A stretch of DNA of 64,000 nucleotides from Verrucomicrobiota bacterium (GTDB lineage: Bacteria > Verrucomicrobiota > Verrucomicrobiia > CAIQCK01), in assembly GCA_026397915.1 (NCBI GenBank), contig JAPLTX010000020.1, positions 3,299 through 67,298 on the forward strand, read 5' to 3'. Shown piece after piece: positions 38,968-49,343 of this stretch. Under the pieces are notes generated by a model, which saw nothing but the letters and a program-made list of their open reading frames with translations, had not been told where the DNA came from and searched no databases. Position numbers and translations under genes: made by a program. Every line of letters begins with the position of its first letter. Positions within the stretch are counted from its first letter, which is position 1.

Positions 38968-39774
38968 ATGACAGCAGAACACGCTATACCAACGTTCGCG
39001 GAGCCGTTGTTTCACATCGGCCCGTTGCCGGTCACCAACTCGATGGTGGTGGCTTGGATCGTCGCGCTTGGGCTGATCGCGCTGGTGCAGGCTGGCACGC
39101 GGAAGGTTCAACTATTGCCGGGCGGGTTGCAGAACTTCCTGGAGTTCGTCGTCGAGGGGCTGCACGACTTGTTGGAGGGCATCATCGGGCCGGAGTTCGT
39201 CAAGCGGACATTCCCGTTCCTGGCGACGGTGTTCATCTTCATCCTGGCGTGCAACTGGACGGGGCTGATTCCCGGTTTTGCCACGATCGGCTGGGGACAC
39301 GCGACGGAGCACGGGTTCAAGGTAACAACGCCGTTGCTGCGGCCGGCCAACGCCGACGTGAACATGACCGGCGCGATGGCGCTGACGTTCACGGTGCTCT
39401 GGTGCGTCTGGTATTACCAGGCGCACGGCGCGGGCGGCGCGATCAACCATCTGTTCGGCACCAAGGGCGGGATGAAAGGCGCGGCGTGGTGGATGCTGCT
39501 GCCGTTTTTCATCTTCGTGGGGTTACTGGAACTGGTTTCGATTTTCTTCGTGAGGCCGCTGGGCCTGACGATCCGTTTGTATGGTAACATCTACGCCGGC
39601 GACAATCTGCTGGAGGCGATGGCCGGTGTCATCCCGGCGCCGTTCTCGGCGATCACGATGTTGCCGTTTTATTTTCTGGAGCTGATTGTCGGCGTCGTGC
39701 AGGCGCTGGTGTTTATGTTACTGTGCGCCGCGTTCACGACGGCGGCAATCATGCACGAGGAAGAAGGCCACTGA
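38968..39774 (+). CDS. atpB: F0F1 ATP synthase subunit a
   Basis: Multi-TM protein; conserved IRLYGNIYAGD (essential Arg) and LACNWTGLIPG motifs. Confidence 0.88.
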   Translation: MTAEHAIPTFAEPLFHIGPLPVTNSMVVAWIVALGLIALVQAGTRKVQLLPGGLQNFLEFVVEGLHDLLEGIIGPEFVKRTFPFLATVFIFILACNWTGLIPGFATIGWGHATEHGFKVTTPLLRPANADVNMTGAMALTFTVLWCVWYYQAHGAGGAINHLFGTKGGMKGAAWWMLLPFFIFVGLLELVSIFFVRPLGLTIRLYGNIYAGDNLLEAMAGVIPAPFSAITMLPFYFLELIVGVVQALVFMLLCAAFTTAAIMHEEEGH

Positions 39775-39873
39775 ACGGCCTGAAACGAGAAAAGTTTTCG
39801 TGGTTGGAACGTCGCGCGGCCGGTGCTGCAGCGATGGCCGCGAAGTGAAATGTAGTTGAGAAAGGAAGCAAGA

Positions 39874-40107
39874 ATGATTAGCGAGTTGGCAGTTTTGGCG
39901 CAGGCGGCTGCGCCCGTGTTCAACGCGAAGTTTGCCGTGGCTATCGCCGGTTTCGGCGCGGCCATCGGCGTCGGTCTGGTCGGCTGGGGCGCGACAAACG
40001 CCATCGGCCGCAATCCAGGCGCCTTCGGCAAGATCCTGGTGATGGGCATTCTCGGCATGGCGTTCGCCGAGGCCATCGCATTCTACGCGTTGTTCCTGGG
40101 CAACTGA
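39874..40107 (+). CDS. atpE: F0F1 ATP synthase subunit c
   Basis: ~78-aa hairpin proteolipid (GLVGWGATNAIGRNP…MAFAEAIAFYALF) with a AAAGGAAG Shine-Dalgarno upstream. Confidence 0.88.
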   Translation: MISELAVLAQAAAPVFNAKFAVAIAGFGAAIGVGLVGWGATNAIGRNPGAFGKILVMGILGMAFAEAIAFYALFLGN

Positions 40108-40179
40108 GCGGCCCGCCACCACCATCGCGACGCGCGGGTCTTCTGACCGCGCGTTGTTTGACGGGTCACGGGCACATTT

Positions 40180-40716
40180 ATGATCCCGATAATTCTGGCA
40201 ACGGAAACGCACGCGCCGACCGGCTTTTTTGAGCAGTTCGGCGTGGATTGGCCGCACTTCATCGCGCAGCTCCTGACGATGCTGGTGGTGTTGTGGGTGC
40301 TGAACCGCTACGCCTACAAGCCGCTGCTCGACCTGCTGGAGGAACGCCGCCGCCGCATCGCGGAGTCCATGGCGCAAGCTGAGCAGGTGAAGCAGGAGTT
40401 GGCCAAGGCACAGGAGGCGCGCGAGAAGATCATTGCCGACGCGGGCAAGCAGGCGCAGCAGTTGATTGACGAGGCGCGCGCCGCGGCGCAACGCCAGGGC
40501 GACCAGCAGTTGCAGCAGGCCATCGCTCAAGCCGAGGCGCTCATCGCCAAGGCGCGCGAGGCGACCGACCTCGATCGCCAGCGCATGTTGACCGAGCTGA
40601 AACGCGAAGTCGGCCGGCTGGTGGTTGAGACCACCGCCAAGGTCACCGGCAAGGTGTTGACGCCGGACGATCAGCGGCGTCTAGCCGAGGAAACTTCAAA
40701 GCAACTGGCGGCGTAA
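40180..40716 (+). CDS. atpF: F0F1 ATP synthase subunit b
   Basis: Single N-terminal TM helix and a long A/E/Q/R-rich helix; sits between atpE and atpH. Confidence 0.82.
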   Translation: MIPIILATETHAPTGFFEQFGVDWPHFIAQLLTMLVVLWVLNRYAYKPLLDLLEERRRRIAESMAQAEQVKQELAKAQEAREKIIADAGKQAQQLIDEARAAAQRQGDQQLQQAIAQAEALIAKAREATDLDRQRMLTELKREVGRLVVETTAKVTGKVLTPDDQRRLAEETSKQLAA

Positions 40717-40732
40717 CGCGTCACGAATCTCG

Positions 40733-41125
40733 ATGAAAGTCTCCAAGGAAGCTCGTCATGTCGCCCGGTCGCTTTATCGCGACAGCCTGACGGACGGGCG
40801 GCTTGACGAAACGAAGGTCCGCACGATCGTGAGCGGGCTTTGCGCGGCCAAGCCGCGCGAGTTGATCCCGATCCTGAAGACCTACGAGCGGCTGGTGCGG
40901 TTGGAGATTGAGCGCAACACCGCGCGCGTCGAGAGTGCCGCCGCGCTGGACACGGCGATGCAGCAGCAGATTACCGGCCAGTTGCAGCAGATTTACCGGC
41001 GGCCCATCGCCGCCGAATTTGGAGTGAACCCGGAGTTGATCGGCGGCGTGCGCGTCCGCGTCGGCAGCGACGTGTGGGACGGCAGCGTGGCCAACCGGCT
41101 GCGGGAGTTGGGCGCAGCGTTGTAA
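40733..41125 (+). CDS. atpH: F0F1 ATP synthase subunit delta (OSCP), short form
   Basis: C-terminal OSCP-like motif (…[30 protein letters not shown]…); operon position. Confidence 0.78.
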   Translation: MKVSKEARHVARSLYRDSLTDGRLDETKVRTIVSGLCAAKPRELIPILKTYERLVRLEIERNTARVESAAALDTAMQQQITGQLQQIYRRPIAAEFGVNPELIGGVRVRVGSDVWDGSVANRLRELGAAL

Positions 41126-41141
41126 GCAGGAAACCGTTTTT

Positions 41142-42674
41142 ATGGCGAACATCCTTCAAGAAATCGAACAACAGATCGCCGGCGCCAAGCGCGGCGTCGC
41201 CAAGCAGAACGTCGGCACCGTCCGAGAAATCGGCGACGGCGTGGCCAAGATCGAGGGCCTCACCGATGCGATGCTGAACGAGATGATAGATTTCGGCAAC
41301 GACATCTACGGCATCGCGCTCAACCTCGAAGAGACCGAGGTCGGCGCGATCATCCTCGGCGAATACACGCACATCAAGGAAGGCATGGAATGCCGCACCA
41401 CCGGCCGGCTCCTTAGCGTGCCCGTCGGCAAGGGTCTGCTCGGCCGCGTCGTCAACTCCATCGGCATGCCGCTCGACGGCAAAGGCCCGGTCAAGTCCGA
41501 CACGCTTTATCCCGTCGAGAAAATCGCCCCCGGCATCATCAAGCGCCGCTCGGTCAGTCAGCCCGTGCAGACCGGCATCATGGCCGTGGACGCGATGATC
41601 CCGATCGGCCGCGGCCAGCGCGAGTTGATCATCGGCGACCGCTCCACCGGCAAGACGACCATCGGCATTGACACGATCATCAACCAAGCCCGCCTGAACC
41701 GCGCCGCGGAGCAGGCCGGCGACAAGAGCGTTCGGCCGCTCTACTGCATCTACGTCGCCATCGGCCAGAAGCAGTCCAACATCGTCCGCGTCACCAACGT
41801 CCTCGAAGAGCAGGGCGCGATGCCTTACACCATCGTCGTCGCGGCGTCCGCCGCCGACACGGCCACCAACCAGTATCTCGCGCCGTTCGCCGGCGCGGCG
41901 ATGGGTGAGTGGTTCATGGACAATGGCATGGACGCGCTGATCATCTTCGACGACCTCTCCAAGCACGCCGTCGCTTATCGGCAGGTGTCGCTGGTGTTGC
42001 GCCGTCCGTCCGGCCGCGAGGCGTATCCGGGCGACGTGTTTTATCTGCACAGCCGCTTGCTGGAACGTTCCGCGCGTCTGAGCGAGAAGGCAGGCAACGG
42101 CTCGCTCACCGCGCTGCCGATCATCGAGACGCAGCTCGGCGACGTGTCCGCTTACATCCCGACGAACGTCATCTCCATTACCGACGGCCAGATTTATCTG
42201 GAAACCGATTTGTTCTACCAGGGCATCCGCCCCGCCATCTCGGTCGGCTTGTCGGTGTCGCGCGTCGGTTCCGCCGCGCAGGTCAAGGCGATGAAGCAGG
42301 TCGCCGGCCGCATCAAGGGCGAACTGGCCCAGTTCCGCGAGCTGGCGGCGTTCGCGCAGTTCGGCAGCGATCTCGATGCCAAGACGCAGGCGCAGCTCGA
42401 ACGCGGCAAGCGCATCGTGGAGGTCTTCAAGCAGCCGCAATACAACCCGGTGCCGGTTGAGGTGCAGGTCGGCGTCCTCTGGGCCGTTCAGAACGGCTTC
42501 TTCGACGATGTCTCCGTGGACAAGCTCAAAGATTGCCAGGCTAAGATGACCGACTACCTCACGTCCCGGAAGTCGGCGCTGATGGCGAAGATTTTGAAAG
42601 AAAAGGCGCTCAACGACGCGTTGATCGCCGAGCTGAAGGCCGCCGTCACAGAGTTCAAACAGACGTATCGGTAA
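41142..42674 (+). CDS. atpA: F0F1 ATP synthase subunit alpha
   Basis: P-loop GDRSTGKTT and typical alpha-subunit sequence throughout; 510 aa. Confidence 0.95.
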   Translation: MANILQEIEQQIAGAKRGVAKQNVGTVREIGDGVAKIEGLTDAMLNEMIDFGNDIYGIALNLEETEVGAIILGEYTHIKEGMECRTTGRLLSVPVGKGLLGRVVNSIGMPLDGKGPVKSDTLYPVEKIAPGIIKRRSVSQPVQTGIMAVDAMIPIGRGQRELIIGDRSTGKTTIGIDTIINQARLNRAAEQAGDKSVRPLYCIYVAIGQKQSNIVRVTNVLEEQGAMPYTIVVAASAADTATNQYLAPFAGAAMGEWFMDNGMDALIIFDDLSKHAVAYRQVSLVLRRPSGREAYPGDVFYLHSRLLERSARLSEKAGNGSLTALPIIETQLGDVSAYIPTNVISITDGQIYLETDLFYQGIRPAISVGLSVSRVGSAAQVKAMKQVAGRIKGELAQFRELAAFAQFGSDLDAKTQAQLERGKRIVEVFKQPQYNPVPVEVQVGVLWAVQNGFFDDVSVDKLKDCQAKMTDYLTSRKSALMAKILKEKALNDALIAELKAAVTEFKQTYR

Positions 42675-42733
42675 ACCTGGCGAAACGAAGACTTGAAGTC
42701 GCAATTTGCGACTTCAAGTTCCAAGACCAAGAT

Positions 42734-43330
42734 ATGGACTACGTAACAGCAATCAAACGCAAGGAGAGGATCGAGAACCTCATCCTGACCGTTCGTGGTC
42801 AGCGGGTGATGCTGGATTCGGATTTGGCCAAGATTTACAGAGTGACGACGAAGCAGCTTAATCAACAGTTGAAACGCAATCAGAGTCGTTTCCCAAAGGA
42901 CTTCGCGTTTCAACTTACGCGGCAAGAAGTTATGATCTTGAGGTCACAGATTGTGACCTCAAGTTTGCATGGTGGCCGGCGGTATCTCCCCTGGGTCTTC
43001 ACCGAGCACGGCGCGATCATGCTCGCCACCGTCCTGAACAGCCCTGTGGCGGTTGAGGCCAGTGTCCGCGTCGTCCGGGCCTTCGTCTATATGCGCGAGC
43101 AACTGGCGAAGCTCGGCAAGATAAGCTCGGCCGACGTGATGAAGAAGCTCGCCGAACTGGAAGGCCGCGTCGGCGAACACGACGAAGCCATCCGTCTCAT
43201 TTTCACGGCGCTCAGGCAGATGCTTGAACCAGCCGCGCCCGCCGAGGAAGCGCCGAAGCGGGAAATCGGTTTTCACGTGAGAGAAGCCCGCGGACGCTAC
43301 GTCGTCCGAACCAAGCGCAAACGATTTTAG
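42734..43330 (+). CDS. ORF6N/KilA-N-domain DNA-binding protein (phage antirepressor-like), inserted between atpA and atpG
   Basis: N-terminal …IRGQRVMLDSDLAKIY.V…K.LNQQ.KRN..RFP.DF.FQLT…E is the ORF6N (PF10543) signature. The 5' half has lower GC than the flanking atp genes. Confidence 0.75.
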   Translation: MDYVTAIKRKERIENLILTVRGQRVMLDSDLAKIYRVTTKQLNQQLKRNQSRFPKDFAFQLTRQEVMILRSQIVTSSLHGGRRYLPWVFTEHGAIMLATVLNSPVAVEASVRVVRAFVYMREQLAKLGKISSADVMKKLAELEGRVGEHDEAIRLIFTALRQMLEPAAPAEEAPKREIGFHVREARGRYVVRTKRKRF

Positions 43331-43333
43331 ACC

Positions 43334-44212
43334 ATGGCCAGCCCCCGCGATTTACGCCGACGCATCAAGTCGGTCAAGAACACGTCGCAGATCACCAAAG
43401 CGATGCAGATGGTGGCTGCCTCGAAGATGCGCAAGGCGCAGCAAGGCGCGCTCGCGGGCCGGCCTTATGCCGCGCTCATGAACACCGTGCTCGCTGAGGT
43501 CACCGCCAACATCGGCGACTTCAAGCATCCGCTGCTGGAGAAGCACCACACCGGCAAGCGCGCCGTGATCCTCATCAGCACCGACCGCGGCCTCTGCGGC
43601 GCGCTCAACAGCAACCTGATGCGTGAGGCGGCCAAGCTCGACAAGGCGACGACGCTCTACATCTGCGCCGGCCGTAAAGGCTCGCAGTTCATCGCCCGCA
43701 CCAAGCGCCAGCTCGCGGCGGAGTTCACCTACAAGGACACGCCGCAGTTTAGCGAGGCGCGCGCCATCGCGAAGTTTGCGCAGGACCTTTTCACCAAGGG
43801 CGAAGTGGACGGTGTGGACGTGCTCTACACGCGGTTCGTCTCGACGCTGAACCAGAAGCATGAACTCCGCCCGCTGCTGCCGGTTGGCGAACTGCAGGCC
43901 GTCGAGGCGGGCATGAACGGCGACCGCACAGGCGCGACGCTGGAGCGGACCGGCGTCGAGTATCTGTTCGAGCCGTCGTCTGGCGAGGTGCTCGGCACGC
44001 TGCTGCCGCACTACGTGAACTATCTCGTTTTCCAGATGCTGCTCGAAGCGCGCGCCAGCGAGCATAGCGCCCGCATGGTGGCGATGAAGAACGCCACCGA
44101 CAACGCCGCGCAGCTCATCAAGGACCTGACGATCGAATACAACAAGATGCGCCAGGCCAGCATCACAAATGAACTCTTGGAGATTGCATCCGCCCAAATG
44201 GCGACGGCTTAA
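43334..44212 (+). CDS. atpG: F0F1 ATP synthase subunit gamma
   Basis: N-terminal RRRIKSVKNTSQITKAMQMVAASKMRKAQ and C-terminal NELLEIASAQMA motifs. Confidence 0.92.
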   Translation: MASPRDLRRRIKSVKNTSQITKAMQMVAASKMRKAQQGALAGRPYAALMNTVLAEVTANIGDFKHPLLEKHHTGKRAVILISTDRGLCGALNSNLMREAAKLDKATTLYICAGRKGSQFIARTKRQLAAEFTYKDTPQFSEARAIAKFAQDLFTKGEVDGVDVLYTRFVSTLNQKHELRPLLPVGELQAVEAGMNGDRTGATLERTGVEYLFEPSSGEVLGTLLPHYVNYLVFQMLLEARASEHSARMVAMKNATDNAAQLIKDLTIEYNKMRQASITNELLEIASAQMATA

Positions 44213-44221
44213 GGTTAGTGA

Positions 44222-45631
<1,410 letters not shown>

Positions 45632-45668
45632 TGCGGAATGCGGAATGCGGAATTGCGAATGATGTAAC

Positions 45669-46115
45669 ATGGCCTCAACGCTCAAACTCGAAATCGTCAC
45701 GCCGGAAGCCGTCGCCTACTCCGAGACGGTGGACATGGTCGTCCTGCCCGGCGCGGCGGGCGAACTCGGCGTGCTGGCCGGTCACGAGCCGCTCATGACC
45801 ACCGTCGTGCCCGGCGAGTTGCGCGTCATCCGGGGCAGCGAGGAAACCGTCATGGCCATCGGCTCCGGTTTCGCCGAGATCACGGGCGAGACCGTGCGCG
45901 TCCTGGCGGACATGGCTCTCCGCGCCGAGGAAATTGACGAAGCCGCCGCCATCGAGGCCCGCAAACGCGCCGAGCAGAGACTGGCCGAGAAACTGAGCGA
46001 CGAGGAAATCGTCACCGTCGAGGCGTCGTTGCAGAAGGCGCTGATCCAACTCGAAGTCAAACGCCGCTACCGCGGCCAGCCCACCGCCCACGGCCAGCAC
46101 TCACATCAGAAGTAG
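45669..46115 (+). CDS. atpC: F0F1 ATP synthase subunit epsilon
   Basis: N-terminal beta-sandwich (LKLEIVTPE…VVLPGAAGELGVLAGHEPLMT) and a C-terminal helical hairpin; end of the atp operon. Confidence 0.85.
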   Translation: MASTLKLEIVTPEAVAYSETVDMVVLPGAAGELGVLAGHEPLMTTVVPGELRVIRGSEETVMAIGSGFAEITGETVRVLADMALRAEEIDEAAAIEARKRAEQRLAEKLSDEEIVTVEASLQKALIQLEVKRRYRGQPTAHGQHSHQK

Positions 46116-46161
46116 CCGCCGAGGCTTGGCGGGATATTGATCGGGGTGTCTGTTAGCAATG

Positions 46162-46908
46162 CTAAGGTTGGAGTTCGTTGGCATTGACCACATTGCTTGC
46201 CACTACTCGCTGGTCGAACTCGTGGATCAAGTTTGTAATCGCAACACGTGCTTTCTGAAGCACGTCATGGTCAAGTTGAATCTTCTGGTCCACTGTCGCG
46301 CCGAAGGCTGGAAACGAATCACAAAATGCCTGATCAGCTTTCCCATCCGCGTGAATTAAAAGATGCCTTATCTCTAAATAAGGAAGCGCGGCGTCAATGG
46401 TTGCTTGCCGAACACCCAGATTAAGTTTTGTATTCATCTTTTGGAGTAAACTTTTCGTGCTCTTTTCGTTTTCGAGCTTCCTGAATACAGACTTTGAAAC
46501 CAACTTTACTACGTTGTTCCATGTCCCGGCAGTAAGGATGTCATTTGCTTCGAACTCTACCTTATGTTCGCCAATCAGGCGGTTTGGATCGATCCCCTTT
46601 CTCGCCGCTGCCTCCAGAAGTTCAGCCATATACTGGACCATATCTTCGTAAATGTCCTTGATATAGGATGCACACAACGTCGCCTTCAAATGATTCGCTG
46701 CAAGTTCTCGGTTGTTCGGTGTCTTGCCCCGCGCCGCAAGTCGAGGGTGTAAATGGGGGTCAACAGCATCGAAAATATGCGCAGCTCCTCTGGAGCTTAG
46801 CGCCCCTTGTGTGATAGCGATCTTCAGAACATCAGCAAGTTCGATGTCCGCCTCAAAATGGGCAGCACGATTAAGAAAACGAACGAGGAATTTGGTCTTC
46901 ATGGGCAT
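46162..46908 (-). CDS. HEPN-like protein (Rx4H motif), candidate abortive-infection/toxin RNase; second gene of a low-GC two-gene module
   Basis: 248 aa with LEIRHLLIHADG (R-x4-H) near the C-terminus, as in HEPN nucleases. Local GC is ~45% against ~65% in the flanks. It follows 55 nt after the 46964..47521 gene. Confidence 0.55.
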   Translation of the reverse strand: MPMKTKFLVRFLNRAAHFEADIELADVLKIAITQGALSSRGAAHIFDAVDPHLHPRLAARGKTPNNRELAANHLKATLCASYIKDIYEDMVQYMAELLEAAARKGIDPNRLIGEHKVEFEANDILTAGTWNNVVKLVSKSVFRKLENEKSTKSLLQKMNTKLNLGVRQATIDAALPYLEIRHLLIHADGKADQAFCDSFPAFGATVDQKIQLDHDVLQKARVAITNLIHEFDQRVVASNVVNANELQP

Positions 46909-46963
46909 GGGGCATTCCTTTTATAGGGAAATCTCTCGCGAATTATGCAACCTTTCAGCGCAA

Positions 46964-47521
46964 TCATTCGATTGGGTTCTCGAAAAGAGGGAACTTCATT
47001 TCATAGCTGTGCCCAAGATGTCTTCGCGCATCAGCATTATTGGATGCGTTTCTAAAAGCATTACCTAACTTTTCTCGAAGAGTCATGCTCTTGATTAAAC
47101 CCAGAAAGAACTCATTCTCCAACACCAATTCGTGCGCAGCCAATTCAGTCAGGTCTTCATCCGCCACCTTCACCCATTGACCACATTTGATGAAACCATC
47201 TCCACCGGGGAGAATCTCAAGTTTGGCACGATTCTCTATTAGCCAATGAGTAATTGCCATTCGTGCAATGATTTTCTGGATATCGAACAAGCTACGTCCG
47301 GCTATTTTTTCGACAGTCATCGGGTAACCAGACTCTCTCCCGACGCGATGCAACAACTTACCATGGTAATCGAATAGCCATATGAACCGGCTGATCATCT
47401 TTACTTCAACGGGACCGCCTAGACTGCAAACTTTGGATGATTCTTCCAGTAATAGAAACGCAGTCCCAATGTCTGGAGATAACTCACACGCTGATATCTC
47501 GTGAAAAAAGGGTTTGTTCAT
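46964..47521 (-). CDS. Hypothetical protein, first gene of the low-GC two-gene module
   Basis: 185-aa intact ORF with low GC; co-oriented with and immediately upstream of the HEPN-like gene. No recognisable motif. Confidence 0.5.
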   Translation of the reverse strand: MNKPFFHEISACELSPDIGTAFLLLEESSKVCSLGGPVEVKMISRFIWLFDYHGKLLHRVGRESGYPMTVEKIAGRSLFDIQKIIARMAITHWLIENRAKLEILPGGDGFIKCGQWVKVADEDLTELAAHELVLENEFFLGLIKSMTLREKLGNAFRNASNNADARRHLGHSYEMKFPLFENPIE

Positions 47522-47548
47522 TGTTAGTTCCAGTCTTGTCTTTATGAA

Positions 47549-47580
47549 CGCCCCGGCGGGCTTTGACTCCCGCCGGGGCG
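47549..47580 (-). terminator. GC-rich hairpin (12-bp stem) downstream of the 47605..48306 gene
   Basis: CGCCCCGGCGGG-cttgact-CCCGCCGGGGCG perfect inverted repeat sits between convergent/tandem minus-strand genes. It has no strong U-tract. Confidence 0.4.
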
Positions 47581-47604
47581 CGTTGATTCTTCGTTGCTAC
47601 TCGC

Positions 47605-48306
47605 CTACGCGACTCTGCACTGGGCGATGTCGCTCCAGGGGCTCCAGCCGTTGGGGCCGAAGGCGGCGAAGCGGAAGTAAACAACCTGGCCGGGCGTGAG
47701 GCCGCCTTGGGTGAAGCTGCTCTTGGTGCCTTCGTAGCCGAGTTGCCACGGGCCGTCGCGGTTGACGGCGTATTCACCCTTGTAGTTGTGGGCACCGGCC
47801 ACTTTGTGGCACTGGCCATCCACGGCACCTTCGGCGTCGCTGCGGGTGACGGAGAAGTCCGCGGGCGCGGGCAGGTCGCCGACCGGCTCGGGGGCGCCCT
47901 TGAGGGGCATCAGGCTGGAGCCGAGCAGGACGGGGTCGCGGGTGACTTTCTCGCAATCCTGCTTCGCTCCGGTCAGCTCGGCCTTGATGGCCTCGACGGC
48001 CGTGTCCACGGCGTCGTCGGCGGTCGTCTGGGCGGCTGCGGCCGTGGCTTGGTTGGTCACGGCGGTATCGTAGGCGGCAATGGTGGTTCCCAACGCCGTG
48101 ACACGCGCAGTGGTGTTCGGGAAGTTGGGGTTGTTGGTGAGGCCCGCTTTGGCATCCACCGCCAGTTGGCGGATGTCAGCGGGAGTTTTCTTTCCGAACT
48201 TGAACGCGATCTCGGCCATTCGTCCTTTCTGTCCGCCCCCCGATGGCGCGCCGGCCGCCTCGTAATAATCTTCCCCGTAGACGGCTTCACCATAGATGTT
48301 GGCCAT
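47605..48306 (-). CDS. Hypothetical protein with Ala/Thr-rich middle and beta-rich (FN3/Ig-like?) C-terminus
   Basis: 233-aa ORF with genome-typical GC; no secretion signal and no known motif. It lies next to phage-like repeat-protein and repeat-array features. Confidence 0.5.
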   Translation of the reverse strand: MANIYGEAVYGEDYYEAAGAPSGGGQKGRMAEIAFKFGKKTPADIRQLAVDAKAGLTNNPNFPNTTARVTALGTTIAAYDTAVTNQATAAAAQTTADDAVDTAVEAIKAELTGAKQDCEKVTRDPVLLGSSLMPLKGAPEPVGDLPAPADFSVTRSDAEGAVDGQCHKVAGAHNYKGEYAVNRDGPWQLGYEGTKSSFTQGGLTPGQVVYFRFAAFGPNGWSPWSDIAQCRVA

Positions 48307-48427
48307 AAGAAGAGGGAGTGTTGTGTGGGCGCATCATGCGCCTTTGACCCTTTGGCGCAACGATAATCTTTGGGTTTCTTCCGGCAGCGTGTCGGCGGCG
48401 GCATGGTCGTGTGACAGGAGCGCGATG

Positions 48428-48725
48428 TCATGTGACGGCGATCAAAAAGCATGTGCTGCCGGCCAAAGAACATGTGTCGGACAAGAGAAGGCATGTGTCG
48501 AAATCAAAATGGTATGTGCTGTCGGCCGGAAAGCATGTGTCCGATGAAAAAAAGCATGTATCGAAACCCAAACGGCATGTGCCGCCGGCCGGAAAGTATG
48601 TGTCGGACGAGAGAAGGCATGTATCGAAAACCAAACGGTATGTGCTGCCGGCCAGAAAGCATGTGCCGGATGAAAAAAAGCATGTATCGAAATCAAAACG
48701 ACACATGCTTTTTCTCGTCCGATAC
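48428..48725. repeat. Array of ~13 tandem 21-bp repeats with a (g/a)CATGT core, organised as 4 copies of a 63-bp super-repeat (three 21-bp variants A/B/C)
   Basis: CATGT cores recur at 48451, 48472, 48493, 48514, 48535, … 48682 with exact 21-bp spacing. The variants cycle as gcatgtgctgccggccRgaaa / gcatgtgtcggaYgaRaRaag / gcatgtatcgaaaWcaaaMgg. All six frames stay open across the array. Confidence 0.85.
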
Positions 48726-48901
48726 ATGACGAAACGCCGCCGTGAGTGACTTTTTCGGGCTGGGAATGGATGTTTTTTGCTCCAACACACGATCAACGAG
48801 CGATTTGCGCGACTTTTCCCAAAAAACAGCTTGTTTGGTCAAAAAACGACACTACTCTCCGCCTAGGACTCCGAACCCATCATTCCAACCGAGGAACCCA
48901 C

Positions 48902-49330
48902 ATGTCCTTCCATGCCGACCTGCCCGTGAACGGCACCAAGACCGACGCCAACCTCCTGCGCGAGAACTTCAACGCGCTCAAAGATGAGATAGACGCCGCG
49001 CCCACCACCCAGCAAGTCACCGACGCCATCAACAGCGCCGTCGCCGACAAACCGACGACCGGGGCGATGAACACCGCGATCAACAATGCCGTGGCCGACA
49101 AACCGACCACGCAACAAGTCACCGACGCCATCAACGGCGCCGTGGCTGACCGGCCGACCAACGACGCGATGACCCTCGCCGTCAGCGACGCCATCAACGG
49201 CACGCCGCGCAACGTGGACAGCATCGGCACGCTCGACATCGTCATGAGCGACCCGCCCACGCAGGGCGAAGTCCAGCTCCTCCTCGACAACTACAACAAC
49301 CTCGTCCGGGCGTTGCGGAGAAATATCTGA
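48902..49330 (+). CDS. Repeat-containing protein, phage tail-fibre-like (tandem ~19-aa QQVTDAINxAVADKPTT repeats)
   Basis: ATG with a GAGGAA Shine-Dalgarno-like upstream; three direct peptide repeats; begins ~180 nt after the repeat array. Confidence 0.55.
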   Translation: MSFHADLPVNGTKTDANLLRENFNALKDEIDAAPTTQQVTDAINSAVADKPTTGAMNTAINNAVADKPTTQQVTDAINGAVADRPTNDAMTLAVSDAINGTPRNVDSIGTLDIVMSDPPTQGEVQLLLDNYNNLVRALRRNI

Positions 49331-49343
49331 GGCAGCGAATGCG

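Noticed and set aside
45632-45659. TGCGGAA x3 micro-tandem repeat between atpD and atpC
   Set aside because: Only three short copies in a 37-nt intergenic spacer, most likely slippage noise. It contains no palindrome and is too short for a regulatory RNA.
48428-48725. CRISPR array?
   Set aside because: The repeats are contiguous 21-mers with no intervening unique spacers, and no cas genes are nearby. The periodicity is wrong for CRISPR.
48411-48749. 112-aa ORF translating to KHVSDEK-type heptad repeats, plus overlapping ORFs in other frames and on the minus strand
   Set aside because: All six frames are open only because the 21-bp DNA repeats lack stop codons. The repeat variants are conserved at nucleotide level in an A-B-C cycle, which fits a non-coding array better. 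A coding repeat protein cannot be fully excluded.
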